Assembly (NCBI RefSeq): GCF_026571515.1
Contig: NW_026863466.1
Coordinates: forward strand, 186,001-250,000
Length of the DNA: 64,000 bases
Origin: Ruditapes philippinarum
Lineage: Eukaryota
Direction: 5' to 3'
A model generated the notes under the pieces. The model saw only the letters and a list, made by a program, of their open reading frames with translations, searched no databases and was not told the origin of the DNA. This document shows, piece after piece, positions 15,501 through 28,410 of the stretch. The translations under genes were made by a program, and so were the position numbers. Numbering within the stretch: position 1 is the first letter of the stretch; each line of letters starts with the position of its first letter.

Positions 15501-17262
15501 GAATAAATGAAGATATAAATATAATTGAATCGCCTGTAGACTTACAGTTGATTTAACTGCCGGTATAACAAAAGTTAACAGATAAGCTTAAAAGCGGCAT
15601 GCCTCCAGATTCGTGCTAATTTTCATGAATATTTAAAAATGTATTTAAAAGTAAAATATTGTGAAGTGAACAACAACAACAAAATTGACACATTGCAAGC
15701 AGCACTTGCAACCCACGTAAAATACCTAAATAGGTAAAAAAATCCCGTAACACGATAGAAATATGATGATAAATACTGCAAAATCAGTCCTTAATCCGCA
15801 AAATTTGTTAATAATTACCTGAATCTTAAATACATTTTACTTTCCTTAAATCTGAGTACATGTACATTTTTTCTCAAGTTTAATTTTAGCTAATCTGGAG
15901 GTATGTAGGATTCGCATATTTCGTATATTAATTACTATTATAAAACATCATATGAAAGTAGAAGGCAATTACAAATATGACTACTTAAAGGGCAAATATA
16001 ACTAGAAATAGCGATGTAATCGTACAAATCTTTCATATCACTTCAAGTGGGTTTTAATCAAATTTTCAATTTACCCTTACTTGATACAGTGGAGAGATCG
16101 AGCACTTTACTGAAAAATATAACATTATGTTACAAAATCATTATGTTTTGAGCTTCAATATAATAATACAGATTTGAATAGATAAACTTATACTTTTGAC
16201 TTGTTTTATCTTTAAATATCGTGTACAAGTCCGTCGAAAAGTCTGAATTTTATTTGTCTGTATTTTGAAATAAGTATAATATTCATTATCTAACTTGCAA
16301 CAAAACTGCATTTTTGACACTTCTTTATTTGTTTGAAATAAGACTTGTTGATACTAATTTGATCAATATTTAGAGAATTGTTAGACACCTTCACCTCGGA
16401 TAAACTACGTCCAAAACACAGCTGTGACAAAAACAATTACCCATAGCAATAGAAATAAAAACATCATTTGTTACAAAAACAAATTCAAATTAAAGAACTA
16501 TAGTTTTCATGTCGTATCTACATCAACAAAGAAATTGTTTTAGTTAACTTTAGAAACTTTAAATTAGTCCGTGATGAATATGTTATAAGATATAATTGAA
16601 ATGCCCGAAGGACCTTTTGTTGATTTTTCTACTATTGTTAAAAAAGGCTAGCAAGATCATTGCAAATTAATAACCAATTTAAAAATACTTTAAAATTTAA
16701 TAATTGAGCATTTTCATACTGTTAAAAGAGACAAGAACAGTAAAGTCACATACATCGTGATATCATAAATGCATTCATTATTCACTTATATTGAAACTTA
16801 GTGTATTGTTAAAACTTACAGTGGTGTGCATCTAGTAGAAAATGATTCAAAACATACGTTAAACTGACACGTTTATTTACATGACACTTTGGATTGGATT
16901 CACCCTATGCGATTTCCCATTCAATCTCAAAATCTATTTTCTCCATGTTAAAGTATAACAATATACACCACTTCACAAGATTTGTTACAAAAATAGTAAC
17001 ATGTTGAATATCTAATTTCAGTAGCATCTCTTATAGATAAACTGATTAGATGATTTTGGGGTTATCAAGGAGTAATTGTATATCCAAAGGCTAATTGAAT
17101 ATATTGTTACTTCATTTTTGTTGAAGTAGACGTAATCAATATGTGTTGATCAAATAAAAGTTTAAATTAACTTGTATTTATCTACAAATTATTCAAGAGT
17201 ATGTTTTGAATTTTATTTAATTATAGTTTCAGGTTTATAAACAAACCAATTTAAACAGCCCA

Positions 17263-17380
17263 AAACGGAGAAACGAAAGACCTGTTTTAGACATTTATAT
17301 TTTCATTTTTAGCGTGTAACCTAAACGGAGAAACGAAAGACCTGTTTTAGACATTTATATTTTCATTTTTAGCGTGTAAC
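17263..17380 (+). repeat. 60-bp tandem duplication
   Basis: AAACGGAGAAACGAAAGACCTGTTTTAGAC...GCGTGTAAC occurs twice with period 60. Single in the paralogs. Confidence 0.9.
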
Positions 17381-18883
17381 TAACTTAGACATTGACATAC
17401 ATTCCTTAGACGCGACCTTTAAATGCATGGTTAAATAAACACTATTGGTGACTAGTTATGCGACATAGACTGCCAAAAAAAAAAAAAAAAAAATTAAGGC
17501 ACGACAAAGTCCAAATCTCGTGTTAAGTTTACAGGCCAACTATGTTTATTTTTATTTCTCAAAAGTTTTTTGATTTTGTTGTACCTTTTAAAACGTTACT
17601 CATTAGTCAATTACCTGAACTATCTTGTTCATATGTTGCGGTTTCGGCAATAAGTACATTTAAAGTAAATCAGTATTTTATATGGAAGTTAAAATACTAC
17701 ATTGTTTACATTTTGCTATTTTTATGACCAGTATTTTTACAATTATCGCTACTTTATTTAGGTAACAAGTATTTAACATCCTATGTAACTATAAAATTCA
17801 TGTTTGACATTTCTCAAGAAATCAAAATTTATTTGTTTCTATGGCATTATGATTTAGACTATAAACGGTTACGCAGGTAAAACACGTACAAGTAAAATGA
17901 ATGATTATCTTAGAATGCGTCACGATTTAGTGTTAAGTCAGTAGAAAACAGACTTTCCGATGGAAACTAATTTGTTTTTTACAGTTATATTAAATTGTGA
18001 TAAAAATGTTCGTTTCAAGATTTTACCGAAGGTGTAAAGTACAATCATTGCTTTTGTTTTTGTTTTGAAATAATTTCTGACTTTTCTCGGAGGTGAATTG
18101 GCATCAAAAGGAACTTCCAAGAAATTTCGTTATTTATTAAACAAATTGCTGAATTTAGGTTTAGAGTCATTGACATATCCCTTTGCCGATGGCGAATTAG
18201 GAGAAATTAGAAGTTTTAACGTTAAGCTATAGTAAAGGTAAGCTCTATTAAAGTAAAGCTCATTTGTATAGTTAATTTTCAAGTGGTGATGGTAAATAAA
18301 CCAAACACAAAATTATAAATAATTCTATATAAAGACTTTTAGGTGGTATTATTGCTTCGGTTAGTTAAATGGTAGGCATTGCAAACAAATGAGCTCTAAG
18401 CTGAAATACTCATGGACCAGTGCCAATCATATTTTATCACAAAAGAAAAATCGACGTAAATTGTACATTCAAGCCTCTTCTTAAATGATTCTGTAATGAG
18501 TTATGATAAACTAATCCAAAGGACATTGGAGTATTACGATGGAATAAAAACGAAAAAGCTTTTCACAATTTTCAGTCTCATGTATACAGTACATGTATAC
18601 TGTTTTGTGTTTCATTCATGTCACGAGCGGAAATTAATCAAGACTAGTAACTTAAAGCAAATGGTGTTCAAGAAAAATGTCATGTACAGTCATTGGCTAT
18701 GATTAAATTGTTTAGGCCAGCAACTACTTTAAAAGATGATTTAATTTGTCAAACAACGGAGAAGAAATGTTAACGGAAATGGCATTGAATTTCCTTTTTT
18801 AGATATTTATATACAAGTACCATATACTGTTGATATTTTGTGTTTTTACTTTTGTGTTAGATGATAATTATAAAAAGGAGATT

Positions 18884-19082
18884 TATTTGCATTTGGAACT
18901 CATGCCCATGTCATAAAATCTCGAACAATTGAAACGCATTTTTAAGGTACTGACATTTTCATTTAGAATGTTTCGAACGCGGTATTTGCATTTGGAACTC
19001 ATGCCCATGTCATAAAATCTCGAACAATTGAAACGCATTTTTAAGGTACTGACATTTTCATTTAGAATGTTTCGAACGCGGT
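18884..19082 (+). repeat. Perfect 99-bp tandem duplication
   Basis: TATTTGCATTTGGAACTCATGCCC... at 18884 and 18983. Single copy in both paralogous regions. Confidence 0.9.
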
Positions 19083-20717
19083 GACAACTGAAGCTCCTGC
19101 TGGAAAAAGAAAACTCGCCTTATCGGAATTTATATATTATTTTAGCGATTAAACCCATTAATAAACACCGACTTCTATTAAATTATGAACAGCATTTAGC
19201 TTGTGTTTAACTTGACATGAAGATTATGTTCGTTAAATATTGTTCACAATTGTTTAAGAAGATCCAGGTCACTTGTGATCATGAATTGTACAGGAATGTT
19301 GACATTTGTAATGCGGCAGCTATTTCAGTTGAATTGTAGCCTGATGCGGAAACCTTTGTTTGTCACTTTCAATGCGAGTTTTTAATTAAACCGTGGCTAT
19401 TTGAATATAAATAAGTCTATTCTTTGACTCTTCAACTCTGGCTCGTCATTCCTGCGTGAGTAATTAGTTAAATAAGCAAGCCAACCTATGTTAAAAACAC
19501 ACATTAAATTTGATGAGTAAAAATAATGTTACTTATTGTTATAATTTAAGAATTTCAAAGTTACGGTCTGTTACAAATTAGGCTAATCACTTCTAATTTA
19601 AGAAGCACTTGTTAAAAGACGCAGATATTCGCATCCCGTATTAATGATTCATCTTAATCGTTTGACATTCGATGATAGGTGCATGTGTTGAGAAACGTAA
19701 TTTAAATCACTTATGAAAAGTCCATAGTAATAATAAATCATTGTGTTAGACTAATAAATCAGTATAAAATGTTTCGTTTGACTAATTAAAATGCTATATG
19801 ATATCTATAAGACATATAAATTGTTATAATTGTCATAAAATGTCATGATATTCGTCAATAGTGCACATTTTAAAATGTAGCTCATGTAGGTCCAGAAATA
19901 ATCATTTTGTTCTATAGCATATGCTTTTGCAATTGCTTTAAGCGTATCAACGCCTACGGAATCAAAGGCTCATAAATTAAATATTTCTTTGATTATTCAT
20001 ACTTAATAAGCAAGTTTCAAAGGTTAATCAAAACCAACCTTCCTTTTTCTCACGATTGTTATCAAAAATTGATATATGGTTTTATTTAGTTGTTGATTTA
20101 TCGTCGAATATTATTCTTTATTACACACGCCCGTTGATGAAGTAATTGTATAATTTTATTGAGATCCTTCACTGATAAAAGAACATTGTATTTGACAAAT
20201 TTTCTTTATAAAACTTACATATTAATTATTTAGTAATAGCAATGTTAGTAATGATATGAAACTCGATTGGAATTAAAAATACGAGTGATTATTCAAAATA
20301 TCGTAGATTTTTGTTGTTACAGTAGTTTTTATATGTATCTTTTTTCAACAAGCATCAACATAAACAGGAATACGGCCAGCACATTCTTTCAAAAAGTTAC
20401 AAAAAAAATCTTTTGAAAAACAAAACAAGAAAAGGAAATGCACACATAACGATTTAAAAATCGCCTGACTTTTCTTATTACGCATGTCATTTACATTTTC
20501 AACTAACATGAACTTCATTTTCTTATCTGTGTAGCTAAAAGCGGAATGAAAACTTTTTGGTTGCATATGCCATTACTTAATCTATCGTGTGACATTTTGA
20601 GTCGGACAATGACCGGCAAATAACACGCAAACAAAAGTTTTCACAAAAAAAGCTGACATTATCTTATTACGGAAACCAGACAATACGGAAAACGGAATTC
20701 CTAAAGAACGCTCAATA

Positions 20718-21232
20718 CAAACTCCTCACAGCGGTTACGTCACGCTTTGCTACTTTAACCACTGCCACCACTGAAATCACGTGACGATAGTTGTATCATG
20801 TGACAAAAACATGGCGGCCAGTTTCAGAACGCCAAGGACCCCATATCAAACTGGCAGATTTATAATTACATTCTTACCAGACAAAATATGTTCAAAACAC
20901 ACAATTTGTTTAAACTTTAAAACAAGTGCCGGGTCAAATCTTTTGCGCTATCGTTCAATAAATGTCTAAATTTTGCCATTGTTTACTATACATGCGGTGT
21001 CACAGTGAAAATATATTTCGTTATGTTTACAAAATAATTTTTATGCATATATTTTTTTACATTCTTGTACATTAAGCATAACTATTTAACGAAAGAAAAC
21101 TAAAATGATATAAAGTATTCTATTTTAAAATTAAAAGTGAAAAAAATATATCCGGCTATATTCGACCGAATTTACTTGTGGTGGCAGTGGTTACTGTACT
21201 GATCAGGGGAAGTAACCGCTGCGAGGAGTTTG
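20718..21232. mobile_element. 515-bp non-autonomous DNA transposon (MITE) with bipartite TIRs and 9-bp TSD
   Basis: TSD CGCTCAATA at 20709-20717 and 21233-21241. Outer TIR CAAACTCCTCACAGCGGTTAC / GTAACCGCTGCGAGGAGTTTG (20/21 match). Inner perfect 16-bp IR TAACCACTGCCACCAC at 20756-20771 and 21178-21193. Absent at the paralogous site near 53195. Confidence 0.9.
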
Positions 21233-21951
21233 CGCTCAATAGGCAAACTGGAAAAAATGCTACAGACTCAGTTCGATTCATGGACGATATTGGAACGTGC
21301 AAGCTACCGCCCACGTCCCCTAACATCAAGTGAAGTTAATTTTTAATATTTCAAAATGAAAATGGTGAAAACACAAATTAATTATTATAATATGATGTAG
21401 CATTTGATTATAATGCCTCAGTACCTTGTTTCCTGGAAATAAAAAAAAACAACATAAGTTTGTCAATGTTTGTGTTATGCATTTTAATCGGTATCGTTTG
21501 AAAACGTAAGCCACAAATTTGTTTTGAAATGTTAGCAGAATGGTGGTGTACGTAAGCATTAATGAAGTTTCCAGGCCGTGAATACCTATATATTTCAATC
21601 AGTGTAAAATATATTTGATCTCGATACAAATCATCGTCAGATAAAATTAATTTGCATAAACAGACTTAAACAGAATAAACTAATATGCAAACTTGAGCTC
21701 GAAAATTTAACACATGATGAAATATTTAAAAAAAACATTTTATCCCGGAGTTTCGTCAAACCAGTCAGTAAGTAATGTTCATAAAGATTACTTTCCGGTG
21801 ATGGAACAAGCGACCTCTGGATTAAGAATCCGAAGCTCTTTTCATTTGCACTGTGTGGTCAGGTATTGCATCCATTCAAATGGTATACCATCAACATTTA
21901 GATTATACGAATATATTTTAGTTCGAGTGTCTTGGAAGCTATAAGCTTATT

Positions 21952-22110
21952 AGAACACTCTTGAATCCATTCCCGGAACCAACCAGTACTAAGCATTGAG
22001 TGTAAAAGTTCTTGCTCACAGAAACAACGTCTTGTCCCTGGCGGGATTTGAACACACGCGGCAAGCAATCCTTAGAAAACTAGTCCGACGCGTTAACCAC
22101 TCGGTCATGT
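21952..22110 (-). mobile_element. tRNA-derived SINE (CORE-SINE-like)
   Basis: Minus strand: A-box-like TGACCGAGTGG, B-box-like GTTCAAATCC, then TGAGCAAGAACTTTTACACTCAATGCTTAGTACTGGTTGGTTCC, which resembles the CORE domain and body of molluscan SINEs. Confidence 0.75.
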
Positions 22111-23057
22111 CATCTGGCGTCAACATTTATTTCATTCTAATCAAAATAAATAATAAAAACAAAAACACGATAACACGATTGTGTTAATTAAATATGTATT
22201 GAGGCAGAAAAGAAACTGACAAAAGAATATTTATGTATAAACATCACGGATATTGTTTTTGTGTGTTTGGGTCATACAAGATAAAAATCATAAAAATTGC
22301 CCGGGTTTTTATTAAAATGAAAGGCAGGAAATTTGATTACCACTATATACGTTGATCTTTAATTAACCTCACAAAAATAAATCACTTTTTAACCAGTGAA
22401 CATTTCAAAACAAAAACATGTTCCTCCAAGTAATGTGCCGTTATTGACCATTCTAGTTAGAAGGCTATATTGAAATGATTCATAATCAATAGTATTTACG
22501 ATGAAAGTAATAATGAAGAGGAAGAATAAAACCAAACTTACGTAACAAACAGCATAAGAACATTTTAAACGAGGCTTGTTTTCATGTGACTGTTTTCGGA
22601 ATACATCGCCTAAAAATAAAAGTGATAAATACTTATGAAAGTTTGTTAGAGGTGGTTGATCACGTGCCATGTTTTACAGTGACATTGGGTCATTTTGCTA
22701 TTGTTTTGTCATATATTTTAATATTTGAATTATAAACATATGCATATACCATGTTCCAGGCAAGTTTTTTTTTTGATTCCAATTATTCATACTTGTATAA
22801 AAAAAAACTCTATATACAAAATACTTGATGAAATTGTGACAAAATATTACCGCATATTATCATTAAAATATTTCCGTATAGAATTTCTGCAATCTAAACG
22901 GGAAAAGTAACAGAGCTACAATGTAAAATCATGGACCATTGGAATAGGCAAGTATTTACTGGAAACATGGTTTATTACTCAAATATTGAAAGGTATACTG
23001 AAAAATGAGCAAGAACTGTATGCGGACCGTAAACAAATGTCACGTGATCACACACAC

Positions 23058-23232
23058 TATGTATACCAAAGGGTGTTAACCAATACAACATCCCTCAACA
23101 TTTATCATCCATTCAGTATCCCAAAGTGTGTTAACTTATACCTCTCAAGAATAAACCATCTATTCAGTATCCTAAAGGGTGTTGACCAATATAACAACCC
23201 TCAAGATTTACAAAACTCTATTTCTTCCTAAA
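23058..23232 (+). repeat. Degenerate tandem repeat, about 3 x 53 bp, specific to unit 1
   Basis: GTAT(A/C)C(C/T)AAAG(G/T)GTGTT...CCTCAA recurs at about 23061, 23116 and 23167. Confidence 0.7.
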
Positions 23233-24565
23233 GGTTTTCTTCAACTTAAATTATGAACTCATGATTTTTTTTGATACACTATATAGCTAATTTTGTAACT
23301 GCCTTTTGTTAACCTTTCTTTTATTAGTATATTCTTTTAATCTCTTATTAGTAAGTTTAAATGAAATAAATCAATTTAAATGTAGCATTTAAGCCTTTGA
23401 AAGAACGTGTTAAAAAGATGTTACACCAATACAAAAAAAATATTTATAAAACAATCTTTTTTTAATTCTTGACAGTCAAAAACATTACCATGGACAATAT
23501 GCTCATTGACATACAGAAAAAAAGATGCATGTATTAATGCACACATATGCAACATAGGTAATATAATCATTTTCATTTTGATATTTTTCTCGTGTTGATC
23601 ATATGAAATCGACACTGTCGCTTTAAAAAGCCAGTGACTTCATATAACCGCACGAGTATTTTGTAAAAAGGCAACCAATGCACTCTGTTATGAAAAAAGG
23701 TTATCAAAATTAGAGTAGAATATTGTAGAACAAGATTAAGTCACTGCGTCAAGCATGGTCATTAAAAGCTTAGGCGGTCAATACGTTGCCGAAAGTGTTG
23801 TGATAAATTCTACGGTTATGTAAATAAATATTTGACGACGACAAAATGTTATTAACATTTAAAGAACTACAATGGATCAATAATAATAATTATTTTAAAA
23901 ATAATAATAATACAATGTACAATGCATTGCTACGTATTCAAAACCATAGTTATTTCTAACTCATTTATATACATGGCAGTTAAACGTTATAAAGGCCACA
24001 CGTAGTAGATTGAGATAAACAAGCGCGTTTGAATTTTTATGTAAAATTAAGATCGGATTTCTTTGATTACTTCAGACTATAGTAAGTTATAAAATGACAA
24101 AGTATTGATGACGTTGCGTTATATATATAACATTAAGTGTCAAATTTTAACTCGTTTTTTCATTGACAATGATTTTGGATTTGTCATGCTTGGCTTTTTT
24201 CCGCTGATTCTTGTATGGGGATCCATTCATTGATCTTGCTTTTCATATTACTATTTGCCGAGTTAAATTGGAATAACCAAAAAAAGGATAACACAAGTTA
24301 CAGTGGTTCCAGGTAACCCTGATCCCGCCCCCTTAAAATATGTAAAAGTTTAATTATCAAACAAAAAAGTAAACACACACTCCGCTTCGATAAATAAAAT
24401 GTTTCCACTATGAAATAGAAAAATTGACGATGTCAAATTAACAATATCAAACTGTAATAAATAGAACAAGTGATTTATCAGGGATGTAGTTGTTCCTCTT
24501 CTTCGTAAATGTTGCTTGTTCATTGTACATATAAAAACCCGTTAGATAAATAATTCAGACATTAA

Positions 24566-26016
24566 ACCCCCAACATCCGATCAGACTATCGGATGCAAAT
24601 AAACACTCTTTCTACATTGTTTTATCAGTGATAGACGTCCAGCAAAAGCTGACTAAGTGTACTGTTTCTAAAAATAGCTAAAGCAGACGATGAGTTTTTA
24701 CACAAAAAACCTACCTTTCTTTAAGAGACAAGAAAAGTTAGCCTAATTTTTGATCACCAGTTGCAGGACTGTCAAGTTTATCCCTTGATGCCAAACGGTC
24801 AGATATATCTATTCTTGAAATATTTCCTGTTGTGACCATAATCAACTACTATTTTGACCCATAATCAACTACTATATGGTATGATTTCTGGTACCTCAGG
24901 TATATTTTAATTAGGAAGTGTATTGCTATGCTGCTATCAGCAGAGATAAAACAAATTATCACATTTCTATGTTTAATTGGCATATAACACTACAGTACAA
25001 AAGGGGTCACAAGGCCTGTAAGGTCTTAATTTATATAGCTAACTATAGTATTATTTATTATCAGACAAAGAGCAGATGAAACTAATGATTTTGATTCTGA
25101 TTTTACTTTTTCATGTGTATAATGTTTTTGCTCATCATGTGTAAATGTGAAAGAAAAGTCCTGAATGGAAAAAAAGGTCAAGGCAAAAAAGCTAAATAAA
25201 TTTAATAAAAATCCGATACAAAATCTTTTGTTCAATTATGTAAAGACCCAATGCTTGGTGTAAAAGGAAGTTACTAAGAACCAATGTATTACTCCATTGA
25301 AGAAATGATAACTTCTTAGCACTTTTTTTGTCCAACTAGAGAACATATAATTAAAAATTTTGTGTTAAATAAACTAAGGAAACTGTATCCTAATCGACTA
25401 GAACAATCCTACACTGGACACTATTTCTATCCTTAGTTGATGAAATACAAAGTTACTACCAATATTTATAACTTCAGTATAATGTGTCTGTAAAATTGAT
25501 ATACGTACAATAGTGAGAAATACAAGTCAAGAGTTTTATCATTTCTGTATATTTTCATTGTGAAATGCCCTGGATTTATGCACTTTTATCAATATTAACT
25601 ACAATTCATTTGATGCAAATTGGATTATTCTGACAAACCTTACAAAAAACCATTAAATCAAGTAAGTAATAATTTGATGTATTTCTTGCATGTGTATGGA
25701 TTCCCATGTGATCACATTGCTATGTTTACAAACAATGTGGTCACATGGTTATTTACATAATAAACTCCTCCCCTTAGTTCAAATTTGAATTTCTGTTATC
25801 ATTTGACATAAATTTATATGAACCTATTTCTTCATACATTTTCAAATTTCTTATCTAGACTCATAGGTTAATCATTTGGCTTCATTTAGGATTTTTTTCA
25901 TTGGTAAAAAACAGTTTTTACATAAAATATATTTGAAAATCTCTCCCTGAGCTGAATACAGTTAAAAAAAATTCAAGGGAAACCACCCACCAGCCATTCC
26001 TAGGTTTGGTCTTTAA
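24566..26016. mobile_element. About 1.45-kb insertion with duplicated TTAA upstream of GT92 copy 1
   Basis: Unit 2 reads CATTAAGGAGTG (about 55897-55908). Unit 1 reads CATTAA|ACCCCC...GGTCT|TTAAGGAGTG. The termini are not inverted repeats of each other. Confidence 0.6.
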
Positions 26017-26233
26017 GGAGTGAATGACTAGTGCAATGTACGTAGAACGTGTTTAAATCTTTTCACAATGCTACTAAAACTGTGTCTTTTATTCGACACT
26101 TCTGTATTATAAGAAACAAACATGCATTTCAGTCTGAAAATGGATAATTGTAAACTGTTCATTCTTTAAAATGATAACCTAAAGAAAATTTAATGAATTT
26201 GCTTAAGCCAAGATAAATAGTTGGCTTTATCAC

Positions 26234-26240
26234 TATATAA
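26234..26240 (+). promoter_or_regulatory. Candidate TATA box of GT92 copy 1 (paralog at 56128-56134)
   Basis: TATATAAGGAC about 140 bp upstream of the ATG in both copies. Weak evidence in AT-rich DNA, and a non-coding 5' exon cannot be excluded. Confidence 0.3.
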
Positions 26241-26378
26241 GGACAAATTAAACAAACTTGGACACGAGAAGCTTTATCTTGGAGTGGTTTGTAATATGCA
26301 TGTGGTTTAAACTTTGAAAATGTGTGTGACTGTTATGAATGATTTAAACGTGCAGAAAAGACAGGCATAGTACACAAA

Positions 26379-26896
26379 ATGGTTTTCAAAAAATACCGGT
26401 CTATGAAAACTAAGAAAGTGTGGATATTATTTGTTGTGGTTTTAATAATATTAGTATTAGTTGCAACTAACTTAAAAGCTCACAATGTTATTCTAAATTC
26501 TGTATTGGATATACCGTTTAAGAGTTTGGTTAGAAAAGCCTCAAGTGATGCTTTGTTCGATAATACAGCAGTTCCCGGAGACAAAGTTGAACATCTTCGT
26601 GAGAGGCCTGTAATGGATAATTCTTTAGTTAACGGAGTTTGTCGAGGAAAACTAGATAAAACACAGATCGGCCAAGATGGGTCTTGGCAACCGGTAGACA
26701 AATCTTTGACAATGTTTGTTATTTCAGCATATTATATTAATACTGAGAAAAAGATATTTATCATTGGTGCAAAACCAATGTATAAAGTCACTGTAATTTG
26801 CCAACTGTGGACACTACGGGACATAACTGGTGAAATAGAAATGCGGGAAACTGATGCTAATGTCGGGACACCTAACGACCCTGCCGGACCATTACC
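26379..26896 (+). CDS. GT92-family glycosyltransferase (GALT-1-like putative beta-1,4-galactosyltransferase), copy 1, coding exon 1 of 2
   Basis: ATG at 26379. Basic cytoplasmic tail (MVFKKYRSMKTKK), hydrophobic anchor (VWILFVVVLIILVLVA) and stem give type II Golgi topology. The ORF-track stop is intronic: donor ATTACC|GTAAAT at 26896/26897, phase 2. Conserved in copy 2. Confidence 0.9.
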
Positions 26897-27936
26897 GTAA
26901 ATACTTTATACCATTTCATTTGAATTATATTAATTATATAATAAAATATTTACATTAAAGACTCATAATTGCTTATAAACGAATATTATCAGAACGGGCA
27001 AACATAAGTTTTATAACGTTTAGATGATCGTTTCAGAGTAGTAAGTAGCTCTGATTCTTTTATTATAAAGATAGAAAAAATGTTAACAAAGTAGAATTTT
27101 TACATCCATATAAATAACTATTTCATTTTTAAGCTGCATGCCTCCAGATGAGCCAAACCTATATCGAGGAAATCAACCTTAAGCAAAATGTACTAAGATT
27201 TTAAGAAAGAAAACAATCACAAGTCAAGAAAATTTACATGTTCTAAGCAATTGTTCAGTATCTGTCACCAACTACTTTTCCGTGACTAACGCTGTAAGAT
27301 TTTAATTTTGCATATTTTGATTTAGTTTTGGTAATTTTCGTAATTTTAAGGTGCCGTTTACAATATATTAATTACACTCTTTGTTCACTTAATAATATTT
27401 TACTTTTAAATACACATTTTTTCATGAAAATAAGCATGAATCTGGTTTACAAAAGCTTGCCAATGAGACATTTTTTGAAAAATATCATAGGACATCAAAA
27501 ACTAAAATCTTTTCAGGGATATAAATAAAAAGTACTTGGACATAATGGGTCTTAAACCTTTAGTCTGCTAACGGCAACTAATTTTACTCATGCAACCAAC
27601 GCAAACCAATATCAGCTGGAGCGTCCGTACCATTTCAACACGAACAGTACCTTTTATTTTATTCAGATAGTATAATGATTCAGTAAGTAGTAAATTTCCG
27701 TAAAATGTTGGATGGCTTTGTCCATATTGAAAAGGCCACCCAGGAAAATAAGCGTAGCATACCAGCACAAGCTGTATTATAGTAAATTACGCTTATTTGA
27801 ATTGTTACTATCTAAGTTTAAGTTGTCAAAGAAAACGTTAATGCAATCATATTGAATTCTACGAACATAATGCATAAATATTATATTTTGTACTATATTC
27901 CATCGTTTGACATTTAGAGTTATGAGGATTACAACT

Positions 27937-28410
27937 CAAGCGATACAACCGATCAGATTAATACGCACATATAATACAATCTTACAAATTAACACAAGCG
28001 ATACAACCGATCAGAATATTACACTCAATTAAGTATATTTTACAAATCAACACAAGCGATACAACCGATCAGAATTTTATACTCATATAAGTATATTTTA
28101 CAAATCAACACAAGTGACACAACCGATGAGAATAATACAACCATATAAAATCATCTTAAAAATTAAATAAAACGAATCAGAAAATTACACTTTACAAATA
28201 AACACAAGTGACACAACCTATGATAATAATACACTCATATAATTGTATCTTACAAATTAACACAAGCGATACAACCGATAACTCATAAATATATTATCTT
28301 AGAAAATCAACACAAGTGATACAACGAATTAGCATTAAATACACATGTTGTATTTGTTTACAAAATCAACACAACCTATCAAAATAATACACTCATGAAC
28401 TATCATCTTG
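27937..28410 (+). repeat. Intronic minisatellite, about 58-bp unit, about 8 degenerate copies
   Basis: CAAGCGATACAACCGATCAGA or close variants recur at 27937, 27995, 28053 and 28111, then decay. Confidence 0.85.

Noticed and set aside
22030-22110. Possible functional tRNA gene on the minus strand
   Set aside because: A and B boxes are present but there is no intact cloverleaf, and it continues into a SINE body.
26480-26701. Antisense ORFs over the GT92 exons (also 56375..56584, 30170..30388, 59252..59455)
   Set aside because: Shadows of the real plus-strand coding sequence.
27937-28410. Regularly spaced ~20-bp motif resembling a CRISPR array
   Set aside because: The intervening sequences are homologous to each other (58-bp minisatellite), there are no cas genes, and it lies in a eukaryotic intron.
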